Source: Monocercomonoides exilis PA203 (Eukaryota; Protista; Preaxostyla). Taken from it: 64,000 nucleotides of DNA. The stretch spans positions 1,240,001 to 1,304,000 of the forward strand of contig LSRY02000006.1 of the NCBI GenBank assembly GCA_001643675.2, given 5' to 3'. Of the stretch, positions 24,622 through 38,159 are shown piece after piece. Below the pieces are notes generated by a model. That model was not told where the DNA came from. It worked only from the letters and a program-made list of their open reading frames with translations, and searched no databases. A program made the translations under genes and the position numbers. Positions within the stretch are counted from its first letter, which is position 1; every line of letters begins with the position of its first letter.

Positions 24622-25289
24622 TCAAATGAGAAAATTCGAATGGTAATTAAAAAATAAAAATCCTTTTCTCTCAATTTCAATAGAATCTTTTTTCAAAACA
24701 ATATATATTTTTTGAGAAGAAACTTGTAACAAGAATTATTCTTCAAAATATAATCGATGCAAAAAAACGAAATACATTTGATAAAATCAAAAGATATATC
24801 AGTAGATGCATTAGTCAAAAAAGTATAAGAAAATAAAGATAACTATTAATTTTGAAATCCTGAAAATTACAAACTTATTTCTGGCACCAATGGTAAACCA
24901 AAACTGTAAAACTTAGATTAAGGGTACATTTATTGAAGTTGTTGTCATTCTCCAATGGACTTCGAAACTAAGATATTATTCATATTTTATATATTTATTA
25001 TTATATTAACATTTAAAAATCTGGAATTGAAAAATTAAGTTCAAAAAATTTCTGAAATGGAATAACGATTTGTTCTGAAGTTCATGTTTGTGAAAAATTC
25101 AGAAATCAAATCACTTTAAGATACAATAATTCAACGAAACAGTTTTAGTCATATATTTTTCGAACGTGCGCCAAAATATTACGCAACTGATAACAATGAA
25201 AAAATTAAAATATAATGCGAAAACAATTACGAAATGAATAAGAAATTATGAATTGATGAAGTGTTAAAAATTAACAATATTATGTAAAT

Positions 25290-25574
25290 TCAGGTTTTCT
25301 GCTTGCGAGATATTGAAAGCTGTGCAAGAGCCTTTTCAGTTCGTTTATCCAAAATGGCCAACTTATCTTGAATATCACGTTTTAAGTCCATTGTCTCTCT
25401 CTTAGGGGTTATAACAGTAAGGTCTATTTGTCCATGCGTTTTTTTAATGATTTCCGTGTCAATTTCAATTTCTATCTTTGGAATTTCTGGCTTTGGTAAC
25501 ATCAGCTTTTTAAGACGAGGATCCCTGGGAGTGTAATTTCTAAAATGCAGCTTTGAATCCTTTGTATCACTCAT
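25290..25574 (-). CDS. CCDC12: Pre-mRNA splicing factor CWF18/CCDC12
   Basis: LHFRNYTPRD...IDLTVITPKRETMDLKRDIQDKLAILDKRTEKALAQL fits the cwf18 pattern LxFRNYxP...DL...PKK.NWDLKRD...KL..L..RT..AIA.L. Confidence 0.88.
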   Translation of the reverse strand: MSDTKDSKLHFRNYTPRDPRLKKLMLPKPEIPKIEIEIDTEIIKKTHGQIDLTVITPKRETMDLKRDIQDKLAILDKRTEKALAQLSISRKQKT

Positions 25575-26622
25575 TAATTTACAGTCGATTTAGATTCAAA
25601 AAACACGGATTAAAAAAGAAAATTATTATCTGAATCGATCTTACCATATCATAATAATTTATTGAATTTTAGCAATTCAGAAATAATTTTGCTTTCCATT
25701 TATATTAGGGATTTTGATTTTTTGAAAACAAAAAATAAATTTGTTAATGAATGAAGAATGCCACTCGCTTGTAATTTTGAATGTAATCAACAATAATTGG
25801 AAATTTTAAAGAAAAAAAGACACTTGATGCCTTATGAATGAATTCCTGCATCAAATTTTGCATTGTCAGCAACTTTATTAACTTTCCTCTTTTTATTGTG
25901 TTATAATGACATTCAGTTTTAATTTTTGAGACAAAATACTAAAAAAAGTATTTTTTTGATTTTTGAAAATCACAACTTTTCCTTTATCAAATCATTCTCT
26001 GTTCGTTAGTTTTCAAACCCCTTTCATCGATCAAACAACACACGTTCGGATTTGTCATTTCTTTATCATCTCATATTCCTTTTACTTTCATTCTAACTAC
26101 CTTTTCTTTTTTTTAACATTTTTTATATCATTCTTCAACATTAACTCATCTCGAACAACAGCGAAAATTGGAGATTTATTTTCTTATGCGGTTATTCATG
26201 CTAGTTCTTCATATCAATACGCTCCAATGACTTTCCTTCCATTCTCTTTCGTTTTGTTTTCATTCAGAATTGATATTGCAGGATATTTAATTATTGCAAA
26301 ATAGTTTTCTAGCTTCACTCAGATAACTCGAAAATGCTCAATTGATATCAAAGTTTATTTTATTGTGATAAAATGCTATCTCAACAATTATGAGTCGAAC
26401 TTTCTTTTATCAAATATTTTTCTCATTTATTTATCTTTTGATTCTTTTCATATATAAAGAACAATTACTCTTTTTCAAATAGTAGTCCAATTTATATTAT
26501 TTGTTTAGCACATTTTCTTTTGTAAGCTAAGCAAATAAGATGTTTCAGATTTCTGAACATATTAAAGATCATACATGATATTATTATTTGTAGCGTTAAT
26601 TTCTTTTTCGTAACCACAGATA

Positions 26623-27657
26623 ATGCAAGCGGAGTCATCTTGCTTATTCAATTGGATAAAGCGTCCGACATGTTCGGATGAGAATCCAATAGTTATTTTT
26701 TTGAGCGGATCTTTTAATCCTCCGACAAATATGCATTTTCGAATTCTTGGTTTGTCTTGTTATTATGCAATTGTTTAAAATTTATATTACATTTTTTCCA
26801 TTTAAATTTATTCAAATATGAGAAATTGCGAAAAGAACATTGGAAATAAAAGGAAATTATACTGTTCTCGGAGGTATTATTTCTCCAATTGCAGTGACGT
26901 ATGGGAAACCTGGATTACTAGATGGTCCAACTCGTGTTGAAATGTGTAAACTTGGTTGCTTACACTCTTCATGGATAGGAGTTGATGATTGGGAAAGCGT
27001 TCAACCTGCATGGGTTCGAACTGCTGTAACTTTAGAAATACTTCATGAAAGACTTTCAAAGGTGCTTTTAACAAACGGTTTGATGTTGCATTACTTCAAC
27101 AACTTTTTAAACACGTCTATCAATTTTCTATTTTTAGATTTTTCAATTGCATTTGTTATGAGTATGGATAACCTTGAGGCAATGACAAATCCAAAAATTT
27201 GGGATCCTGCATTCGTTTGTCTATTACATTTAAAATTAAAGAAACAAAAATACTGAATTTGATGAATTATGTTGTTATTGCTTTATTTTAATTGGAAAAA
27301 TTTTAAGTTTCCACGCTTATTCAAGTTTAAGCTTGTGTGCTGTGGAAGAGAAGGCAAAAAATTTGAGGAAGTTGTTGAACACGAATCACTAAGGCCATAT
27401 AAGGTACGCGAATATTCTTAATTATTTATATCATTATTGCTATATGTTAAAAAAATAATTGCAAATAGGCCCAAATTTATAAAGCTTTTGAAGAGCCCAG
27501 GAACGATATATCGTCGACTTTTGTTAGAGAATTACTTGCGCATTCTGAGTCTGTCAGATACCTTATTCCTGACGAAGTTGCCTCGTTTATAGAAGAAAAG
27601 CAGCTTTACAAAGCAGTTGAAGATGAAAAGAAAGATGAAACATCCACTCAAAAATGA
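26623..27657 (+). CDS. NMNAT: Nicotinamide/nicotinate mononucleotide adenylyltransferase; multi-exon
   Basis: Exon 1 has LSGSFNPPTNMHFRIL. Exon 2 has GGIISP...YGKPGL...RVEMCKL...WIGVDDWESVQPAWVRT. The last exon has NDISSTFVRELL...SVRYLIPDEVASFIEEKQLY and ends at TGA 27655-27657. Confidence 0.92.
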
Positions 27658-28104
27658 ATGTAATATTTTTACATTGGATAAACTACTTATTGATATATAT
27701 ATTTTTGTTGAAAAATTGTTTGGAAGTTAACAAAGTGAATTTCTTAATCTTTTTGAATTAAAGTCTTTGATTTTTACAAAGAGATATATCTTTCCGAGAT
27801 TCTGTCAATTGTAGAAGTTATCGTTGTTTCACAATCTTCACTAATTTTTTCATGTCTTTCGTTTTTCTGTTAAAGATTTTTGTGTTCATATTTTCAGTTA
27901 TTAATTCTTCTCTTTCAACAAGCAGATGACGACTCAAGCTCAAAACTTGGATTGCTGATAACTGAAAGAAGTGCTTTATTTCTGGGGAAAAAATAAATTG
28001 CAAGTTAGCATTATACAGCGTCGCTCTTGAGAAAAGAAAAGAATTTTTAGAAATGAGATGATATAAACAAAAAGGCAAAATTGTAAAAATAAAATTAGAC
28101 TGAT

Positions 28105-30248
28105 TTATTCATCATCGTCATCGTCATCGTCTTTAAGTTTCTCTCTCAACGAATCGTTCTCTTTCGACAAGGCATTGAGATCCCTAAAAAGAAATAATAG
28201 AAAATACAAACAGAAAAGATATTATGCATTCAATAAACAATCGATGATATTTATCAAATTAATGAATGAAAAATAAATAAAAGAAATAAAAAAAAAGCAT
28301 CAAATCAAACTTATTTAATTTCTCTATTTTCTCTGCTGCACCGTATCTGAGCTGATCATCTATCCTCTCTTTTGTGTCGAGAAGACGATTAGTATATTTC
28401 CCTATCTCGTTGTAAGTGGCTGAGAGCTTTCCATAGTTCTCATGGATAAGCACAAGCCCTCTGTAAATGTTCTTTGCAGCCTCATCACGATCGATCTTGG
28501 GGTCAGGCACTTTCGCAGCAAGAAAGATCATCTCGTCGGCATCGTGGAACACACGGTCCAGACGCTCTTCTGCTGTGTTCGAGTCAGACATCAGCGATTT
28601 CATGTCGTTTATGATCTGTTGAGGCAACGAAATAACAAATTGATGAAGAAAGTTGAAAAAAAGGGGAAAAAATGTGAAAATGATGAATATTGCAGAAACA
28701 AATATTATTTTTGAAATAAAATCCTTATTTGATAAACGCATGCAATACAACTGAAATACGCCATTTCGTTTTCTTTCTCTTTTCCTTTCGTAATTTCAAA
28801 CCTTGTTAATATCATTCTTCTGTGCGGTCAGGTTTGCATGCATTTCAGTAATCTTTCCAACATATTTCTGTCTCTCCGCAGTTTTATCCATTCCCTCGTA
28901 CTCTTGCTTCAACTGCTGTAATCTTGCCTGTTTTTTCTTTGCCTCCTCAATCAGCTGTGCCATTTCTGTTCTGACTTCCTTCAGTTCTTCAGTCAGTTTA
29001 TGAGACAGTGATTGGTCTCCTCTGTTCTTCTCCACACACTTGTGATACTTCTCAACCAACGGCCCGCGCACCTCTTCCCAGTCTGAGCCGAGCTGCTTGA
29101 TCTTGCTCATCGTCTTTTCGTTCAGGCGCGTCAATTCGCTCATGGCATTGTCGGGGTCCTTCAACATAGCCACAATCAGCTGCTTTTTCTTGATCTCGTC
29201 CTTCAGAACTGCAACTTCGTTTGTAGCAGATTGTAATCTCTCCACAAGCTCTCTCGCACGAGCCATTTCGGCTTCAACTTGACGTTGTGCTTCCGTTGTA
29301 GCAGCCTGGAATTTCTTGAGTCTTTCTTCACTTTCCTCAACTTTCTCTTCAAGTTGCTCTTTATCCTTAACATCATTCTTATCAATAGACACCTCTCCAG
29401 TTGGTTGTTCTTCTTGAGCAAAACGAGTCATGTGATCAATTCTTCCTCCTTGCTTGGAGTTTCTTTGTTTCTTTAATGCATCAGAAAGTGAAAGTAATGT
29501 GCTCCTTTCCATTGTGTCTAATTGATCAAACATTGCCTTAGATACAGCACGAGCAACAACAGACACAGCTGTCTGTATTTTCTCTTTGCGCTCTTTTTCA
29601 GCTTTCTCTTCTCCTTTTTGATAAATTTCATTTTCTTTGTCCTTGTCAATTCCTTCATAAGGATGAGAAAAATGTCTTTTAAAGTGGCAAAACAGAGGAG
29701 GCTTTTGAAGAAGTGGAATGTACCATGGATCGAAAAATGATTGTCTTACAGCTTCTCTCATTTGTCCAAGTAACGTTTGCTCTTTTTAAAGTGTAAAAGC
29801 ATTTCTCACAAAAATGATGAAAAATATTTCAAACCTTGAACAATTGTTTCCGATTCCTTTTGCTCCGCACGTGGTAATTTTTCAATAAGAAATGAAATGA
29901 ATTTCCTTGTATCAGTTTGGTTGGGATACGTAAACAAATCATAAGTACATTCTCCGTTATATCCAGAATCCTAAAAATTAGTTTATTTTTAAAAATCTTT
30001 TTGGAAAAAAATAAAACAAAACAAACTTTCATTGCTTTCGCAATTGATGAGCAGTATTTAAATCGTTTCACTCCATCTGGTGGAACAGTGAGGGGAATTT
30101 CCAAATCTGAATCAATCATGTTCAGAATAACTGCACAGCAATTCATCAGAACTTCTGGGGTAAATTGAGCACAGCTGGTAATGTCACTATCAACATTGCA
30201 CCCAGCCTGCCGAAGGGTCATAATCATAATGGCATCGGCATCATCCAT
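28105..30248 (-). CDS. CCDC22: CCDC22 (CCC/Commander complex subunit, DUF812); multi-exon
   Basis: The N-terminus MDDADAIMIMTLRQAGCNVDSDITSCAQFTPE resembles CCDC22 MEEADxILIxSLRQxG...FT.E. Coiled coil with WEEVRGPLVEKY, RQKYVGKITEMHANLTAQKNDI, LDRVFHDADEMIF and YRGLVLIHE. The last exon ends DDDDDDDE*. Confidence 0.9.
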
Positions 30249-30799
30249 GATAGGTTGTTTCTTTCTCTATTTTGATCATAACCATTATGTTAAAGACAAA
30301 AACATCGAAATGGGGCGAAATATTTTCATTTATGAAAAAAACCGTGTTTTGTTCCAAACTTTTTCTGCTTTCAGATCATTATTTGTTTAATGTTCTCATG
30401 CGTAAATGTGTAGCAAAATTAAAAAAATAAGTTAAATATTGGAAAATGGTGCATGGAACAAAATTCATGAAGCAAAAAATTTCATCACAAATCATTGAAC
30501 TAATGATTTAACAAAATTATTGTTATTTATTTGAAAATATTGGATATACAGTTTTTATGAAGTTAACAAAGCCATTCAAAAAAATTTTTTCTAAAAAAAC
30601 AAAAAATTAATGATTAAATTGTATTTAACAATTTTCAGATTAACCTATGCCAACATTTTTCGAAAATTGAAAAAAATAAGTCATAACAAACAAAAAATAT
30701 TGCTTAAAACCTTTGGTTAAGCTTTAATAATTTCAATAAAACATTTAAATTTTCTCAAAGTTTTTTTAATAAAAAAGAGAACATTGAAATCAATGTCAA

Positions 30800-33700
30800 T
30801 TATCTTGGCAATGCATCAAACTCTGCCTTTTTCTTCTTTATCCACTCATCTATTTGCGCTTTCAGTTCGACGTCTGCGAAGAAAAGTTATTTTTTTTTTT
30901 TAAAATTATTCATAGATAAATATGGAAAAAATATTTTTATTTAAAAAATTAATAAAATAGAATTAACATTCAACGATTCAAAAACAAATGATTGACAAAC
31001 CTGGACTAATCATTTCCTTTGTCAAAGGCTCGTTTGTGAACGGATTCTTTCCAGTGGTCAGTATCGTTTTCATGATCACATCCTTGTCCATTGTTATTCC
31101 TGCCGACACTTTATATGGGTCCCTCATCAAAGTATACACCATGGGATCGAGAAACTCCGAAGGGCAATCCACATCCAGCTGGCCCTCGAGCCACACGTCG
31201 AAGTCGTTCGTCTTCGAGAGCGTGGACGCCTGCACCACCAGCTCAATCATCGAACGGAACGCTGACAGCTCAGCATTGCTGCGTGTTCCTTTGACAGTGA
31301 CAATGTCACACAAAGTGGCAGCATCGACGCTGCTGAACGGGATGGCGTCTCGCCAAGCCGCATTGATAAATTCTGATGGATGAGAAATGTCGTAGTCAAA
31401 CAATATCTCCACCTCTTCCTCGTCATCATCATCAGACATCGAAGAAGAAGATGACGAAGAAGAAGAAGATGATGATGATGACTTATTTTTGCCAGCAGCG
31501 GACTTCCGAATGAACGGCATGAATACTTCATCAGGTGCCACACGAGAAAGCGCCAGAAACAGATCAAACAGCAGCCCCACCAATTTCAGAGGCTTCCAGT
31601 CGATCTGGCTCGGGTTGGACACTCTCATTTCAGCTGCCTCTTTTCCCACAAGTTTCGTCGTCAGCCTGTTCATCACAGGAACAATCGACGCAAAGTCCTG
31701 CCGCTCCAGCAGCAGCACAGGGCCTACGCGGCAGAGCTGTATAAGACACTCCATAAATCCATAGGTCAGCCTTATGTTCCCTCGGGCAATGCTTATGTAC
31801 CGCCCATACGCCTCAGCTATTCTGTGGTCTTCTTGTGACGCAACAGCAACACTCGCTGGCTTCACTGCATCTTCCAGCTGGTGCAGATACGTGATGCCCT
31901 CAAACGCGTTCTTGAAGCACTGCTCCACATCCCCCGCCAGCCGCGAAATAATCCTCACAAATGTGAATGGCCCTGTCGCCACAACACGCTCGCCTGTCTC
32001 ACTCACGCTGCTGTTGCCGATGATTGATCCACCTGAGCTGTTCAGCAGATGCACCACTTCAGGTCCCAATCTGTCGTGCACAAGCAGAATGCGCAAGGAA
32101 GAGCAGAACTGGAAGCGCGTGTGCAGCCGCTGCAGCATGCTCGACTCGTCCGCAGAGACCAGCTCGATGTTCGGGAAGTACGACAGCAGCGCCCGCGGGA
32201 ACAGATGCAGCACCGCAGAGTGCGACAGGAGCGTGTTGCACAGCATCTTCCGCCGCTGCGCATCCAGGTCTGGATCCCGCGCCCGCTGCTTCCGCTTCCG
32301 CCTCGCCTCCAGCTGCCGGCTCCGCTTCTCGATCCGCTCTTCCCGCAGCTTGTTCATCTGCTCAGGGGTCAGCCCTTGTTCCACTGAGATGTCTGTCTGA
32401 TCTTCTTCCTCTTCCTCTTCTTCTTCTTCCTTCTCGTCATCAGCTAGCTCAATCGGAGGCACCAGAATCAAAGTCAGCAGACTTCCGATTTCTAGTACGA
32501 TGTGTGGATATGGCAGGATTTTGCTGTTGAACAACAGGAAAGCGAAGAGATGGAGAATGTTTTTCGCGTTCGACAGCGACGAGATGGTGGAGCGGTTGAT
32601 CATCGATGCCCGCAGCACCTCTATCATGTCCTCCAGTGCAAAGAGCGGCTGGCATCCAAACAGCGGATGCCTCCTCATGAAGCTTTCAGCAGGGTCTGCT
32701 TCTCCCTCAGAAGGTGCAATTGAAAAGGGCGGACGCGCTTTTGGAAGAGGAGCACGTGCTCTGGAATCTGCCTGAGATTGGGGAGAGGGTGAGGAAGACG
32801 GAGACAAAGCAGAAGAAGTCGTTGAAGCGGAGCGTGGAGAAGCAGAAACAGAAGCAGAAGGAGAAGCCGAAGGAGAGGCAGAAGTGGATGAAGTGGGAGA
32901 CACGTGATAGACGCTCGAGTCATTTGGGTCAGGAATGGACGGCGATATCTCTCCAATCTCGCGCAGCAGGAGCCATGCATAGAAGTCGTAGAACTTGATC
33001 ACATCAGCCATCAGCGTGCTGTGTGCGTAGATGCTGTCGCATGCCCTGCACGTCTCCATCAGCTGCTTGACGGGATACACCCGCGCAAGCACCTCTTCTG
33101 CTTTGCCAGCGCCCATCTGTGCCAGCGCCGGGTGCAGCTGCGAGGCAGAGATGTTGCGTTCAGGCAGGCATGCACAGGAAGGGAAGTCGTAGAAGACAAT
33201 GTCCTTCTCCACGGGGGGAAGCTGCTGGATCATCGAGTTGAACGTCTGGATGTTCTTGTCGTAGCGAGCAAGCGACGTCACCAGTCCCACGTGCAAGCAG
33301 TGCAGCGTCAGGAAGAAGTACTCACTTACACGCTCGAAGCGGATCGTGCCTGTTGCGCTCTCTTTCTTCGCCCTTTGCTCCACTGCTGCTTTGATAGCAT
33401 CCATGTCTGAATGTCTCGCGATCCGCTCTTCGACTCTGCTGAGCGAGCGGCCGGCGAGGATGGAGTAGCTGAGGTCGATCTTGTGCCACAGCTGGTTGTC
33501 CCCGCGGATGAACCACTGGCCTCTCGCTACGAGCTGCCGCAGTTGTTGAGGCTGCGTCTCTGTTGTGGTGATAACACCGGCGCTTAGCGAAGTGTAGGCA
33601 CTCACTGGAAGCTCTTCGAACTTCGCGGCTGAGTCGTGCGATATCTCCACAAGCGAGGAATGTGAACTGACAGAAGAAGAAGAAGAAGAAGATGATGATG

Positions 33701-35268
33701 ATGATGACGACGATGATGGAGATGCATCAGATCTTCGCGCATAGCCGTAGACGCTGCTCTTCTCGCCAGCCTCTCGAATGCCGCCGGCGTATCCTTCCAC
33801 CCACGGGATGGGCAGGAAGCGGTCGCAGATAGAAATCATCGCCATGCACATGTTCACTGACATCGCATCGCTCGATGCCAGGCGGAAGTCAGACTGCATC
33901 TTCAGCCTTTCTTTGTTCGCCACGCAGAAGCAGTCCAGAAAATGAAGCAAGTTGCTGCTCAGCCCTTCCTTCGGGTTGACTGCGAACTCATTCTCGCTGT
34001 GTGATGCTGAAGCGCCTGAAGAAGAGGTAGCAACCAGACCTGAGGAAGATCCGCACTGCTCCAAAGGAACATTCCCACGGAGCATATTTGTGAACAGCAC
34101 TCGGAGCGACGTCCACTGCCCTTCCATCATCTGGCCGTACCGCTGCAGCGTCGACCGCAGCCAGCTCGTCGTCAGCGGGCTGCCGCTGCTTCCGTGCGAT
34201 GCGACGACTGCAACTTTCCCGTCTTTCCGCTCTTCCACAGAGAAGTTTGGAGAGCTCAGCCATTTCTGGCAGAAAAGCGGGTTTTCGGGAGAAAGCGGAG
34301 TGGTGCATATTAAACTCATCAAAATGGTGCGAGGAAAAATGCACTCGTTCAATTGATATTGCAGAAGTGGTGCTGACGACGGCTTCAAAGATGTAACAGT
34401 ATAGCGAGATGCATTCACATATTCTGAGTCTGGAAGAAACAGTAGCCCAGGCCATGCTGCAGCTCGTGTCGCAAACGTAACGTTTCGCATAACAAATAAA
34501 AATGCATCTAAATAGCCTTCGGGCATTTCTGGAAATGCGGCTTTTGCAAATTGTGATTTGAATGCATTAATCATTGGCTGAAAGATTGTTTCGAAAATTG
34601 TTGAGTCATTCTGCTCTTTTTCCGTCTCAACAATAAATGCAATAAGCTCATCAAAATAAGACGTGGTCACTGTTAGGCCCCGCTCTTTTTTCATAATAAT
34701 TGCTAAAAGATCTTCAGATCTAAAAAGAGCATTCAACTTACGAAAAACAATAAATTGAACAAAACCCATTGCATTCAACAAAGTTATCTGGAAATTGAAG
34801 TGCCATTACAGAATAATTGATTAGAAATCGTTTTGCAGCTGGATATAACACTTGAAGATCTTGTTTCTTTGCTGCATTGTACTAAACAATAAAAAAAATA
34901 ACATTGACAAAGAAGAATAGCATCCAGGAAACAAAAATTAACATCACACTCCATGGGCCATTGATCGCTCTTCTTCTTGTGTAAGGCGATTCCAAGTCTG
35001 AATCATGTAGTGCAACGGCTTTACGGCTTTAAGAAAAAGAAATGCAATTTTGAAATAAAAATATTCATACGATTATCACCAGTCAGCTTTTCCAATATTA
35101 TAGTCTCTATGTCTTCAATTTTTAAAACTTTTGAAATTATAAAGACGATTATCCATGTCAAAAGATAAAAACTTTGGGGAAAAAAGAAGCAATACTTCTT
35201 CCTTTCACAGGCTCATAATCAAAAATGTTCTCAATGAGGATAGAAGTCCATAATGATTGTGATGTCAT
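30800..35268 (-). CDS. UFD2: U-box E4 ubiquitin conjugation factor UFD2/UBE4; multi-exon
   Basis: C-terminal U-box CPSEFLDPMVYTLMRDP...MDKDVI...NPFTNEPLTKEMISP/DVELKAQIDEW. Ufd2P-core motifs ANKERLKM...ASSDAMSVN, FERVSEYFFLTLHCLHVG and LVGKEAAEMRVSNP...WKPLKLV. The 5' start is approximate. Confidence 0.9.
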
Positions 35269-35947
35269 GAAGAATCAATCCCGTGAAAGGAATAAATACT
35301 TGTAAAAATAATATCTTTCAAAAAAAATAGTGGAATGATCAAAAGATTGAATTGAACATTTTTGAAGATAAATGTGCTCCAATTATATTGAAGTCAATTA
35401 ACATCGCATCCATTTTCCAAATGAAAATTGTTAAATAACTATTCAAAGAGAACATGTCATTTCTTGAAATGTGAAAAACTGGATATTCTGGGTATGAATG
35501 TGAATAATTCTATAAAAAGTTGAAAATGATGCTCATAATTTCTGCTGCAATTTGAAGCGCGAATCATTTTGATTGCAACATTTTTGATCTGTTTTCTTTT
35601 AGTCTTAACAATCTTATTGAAACAGATAATTGCATTTTTCTTTAATCGTTTCTATTTTGACGTTTTACAAAAATATATCACACTCACGCTCAATGATTCT
35701 TTGTAGTCGTTTTTGCACCACTCAAAAATTAAATAATTCAAAAACAAAAACCTCACAGAAAAGCAACGATTTTCTGTAAATCAAAAAATTTCAAAAACAG
35801 ACGGTAACAATAATTCAAAACACTAACGTTTAATCGTAAATGAAAACAAATTAAATATTCACACATTAAACTTCTCAAAGGCAGCATTTTAAGCTGCAAA
35901 ATAGTTAACAATACTCTCTTAATTTAAAAAAAAAATTATTTCTCTTT

Positions 35948-38159
35948 TCATTTGTTATTTCTACGAGCATAAGGAAGCGGACCATCCCAGGCAGGATATT
36001 GATTTTGCGTATGAGTTGAATTTTTAATCAGTGAATAATCGTATTGAGGATAGCTGCCACTGTTGCATTCATAAGAACTATCGCTCCAATCAATTTCAAA
36101 GGCGCTTGCTGTTGGCATTTCAGTCTCTCTCGAAATACGATGGATCACAGAATAAGGACTTTTAAATATACATAAGAAGAAATATTAAAAAAAAAAAAAA
36201 AAAAAAATTCTTATAAGATCAACAACAATGACATACATTGCCCAATATCCACAAAGATCAATGTCATCCTTTAACTTATCGCGTTGCTCTTTTATCGGCT
36301 CCATTACTGACGAGATCATCTGAAGAGGAATCCAGTTCAGAGTGAATTCTCCTTTTGTCTTGTTATCCTCTTTTAAAATCGTAACAAAACGCATGTAGTA
36401 CATCTGGTTCGAGTCTGATTTCATTGAGTCAAAGAAATATCTGTACTTATCTGAATCACATCCATATTGTTTGTCTTTGCACGAAAACTCATGCGCCTGC
36501 GATGTTAATTCAATGAGGTCTTGAGACGACTTTGGATCAAGACACATGGCAAGTGATTTTTCTTCAGGAGTCATTTCTTTCTCTTCATCGCCATTGAGGT
36601 TCTGAGTAAGGTTGTTAGCCATATGGTTTATGATATTCCTCAATCGTCTTCCTGTTTGCTTTGGTGACAGAATCGACTGCCCAACTTCCGTTCGCAAATG
36701 ATTTGAGTTTTTGCTGCTTTGCATTGCATTCGTCTTTGGCGCTTTCTCATCGTCAAAAATGAGATGAGTGCAAGACAGCCAGTTCATTGGATTGTTCACG
36801 TTGGGGCAAATTGTCAGCTCGTCCCATGTTGAATGCTTGCCCAAAAAGAAGTTCAATGAATGAGAGCCTCTCATCCAGCTGTTCTTCAGAATAATGACAC
36901 CTCGTTCAGGATCCCCTCCCACAGCTCCCCGGCCATAGGCTGCTCCCTCACGGCCAGGCTCTATGTCTTTTTCTCCTCTTCTCCAGCCGCCTCCCACTCC
37001 TTCTCCATATTCACCTTGTCTCAGTCCTTTCATCGTCATCCATTCATCGTTGTACCCCACCATCTGCATGATGTGGCCGAAAAACAGCTCGAAAGTCTCT
37101 GCCATATACCATTCGGCTTCTGGATTCATTGGCTCAGCTCCCCAATCGAAGCATTTATCGGTGTCTTTGTTCTTTGTGATGTATGACGGGCATTCAACAA
37201 ATGAATCGGAATCTTTTTGTAATTCACAGATTTTAGAATATTCAACTGTCTGATCGTTTCTTTCATTTTGTTTAGTTGTATCACAAGGAATATATATGTG
37301 GTTGCGAGGATGCCACGAAAAATAAACAGGACCTACACTTTGTTCTCGTAAAAGCGCCTTCATATCCTCCACGGAATACGCAGTGTGAATCCTAGAAATT
37401 TTTGGACGGATAGGATTAGAATCATTTTTCATTCTCTCCTCAAGTCCAGGACACTCAAAATCCTTACCTGGTTTGGTGATGTATGGACAAACAGATTCAG
37501 GATATATGTGATTATGAATATTACGTAGATAGTAAAACTAAAGAAAAACGAATATAAATGAAAAAGGAGTTTTTTTAGTGAAAATATTATTTAATTTATT
37601 ATAATGCTTCAAACCCATTCAGGTAATCCTCCTTCAGTTGTATTTGATTGAGGTCCTTGTCCGTATCCATCACATATTTTTGTATTTTCTTTTTTCTGGC
37701 ATTCCTCAACAATTAGTTTCGCAAGTGATTGAACTGAAAAAGAAACATATTCGTTTTCTTTCAAAAATCCTTTCTTTATCCCATTTAATCTATACGAATC
37801 TTCAAGATATGACGCTAATGCAAAAGCCCTAAAATTTCCAAAAGAAAAAGAAAAATTAAAGAAAATATGAAAGTTATTGCATTTTTTAAAAGAATATCCA
37901 ACCAGCAAGTATTTCTCGATCCTTGATCTTTATGAGGCCCTGGAAATTTTGCTGCATATTTATATGGAGGGATGCTAAAGGATATTTCTGGCATTTTTGG
38001 TTCGTAATGAATAGATGCAACTATTGAAACGCCAACAATCAAAAATATGCATATTATCCCAAGAAGAACAATTTGAGCAATTGCCCAAAATTTTTCTTTA
38101 TTTATTGACTTAACTTTTGGAGCAGCATCGTTTTTATCCATATTTACATGCTTAAACAT
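35948..38159 (-). CDS. Papain-family (C1A) cysteine protease with an N-terminal signal anchor and no obvious prodomain; multi-exon
   Basis: Spliced catalytic motif KDQGSRNTCW/AFALASYLE, His in GHIMQMVGYND and Asn in ILKNSW. TM segment IAQIVLLGIICIFLIVGVSIVA. HSTWDELTICP motif. Confidence 0.88.

Noticed and set aside
27818-28078. 86-aa ORF downstream of CCDC22
   Set aside because: CCDC22 already ends at TAA 28105. The ORF has no ATG start in the sequence and no recognisable motif, so it is probably 3' UTR.
20648-34455. Numerous overlapping 60-220 aa ORFs within the TOG, CCDC22 and UFD2 genes
   Set aside because: Antisense or alternate-frame shadows of GC-rich exons, with no independent motifs.
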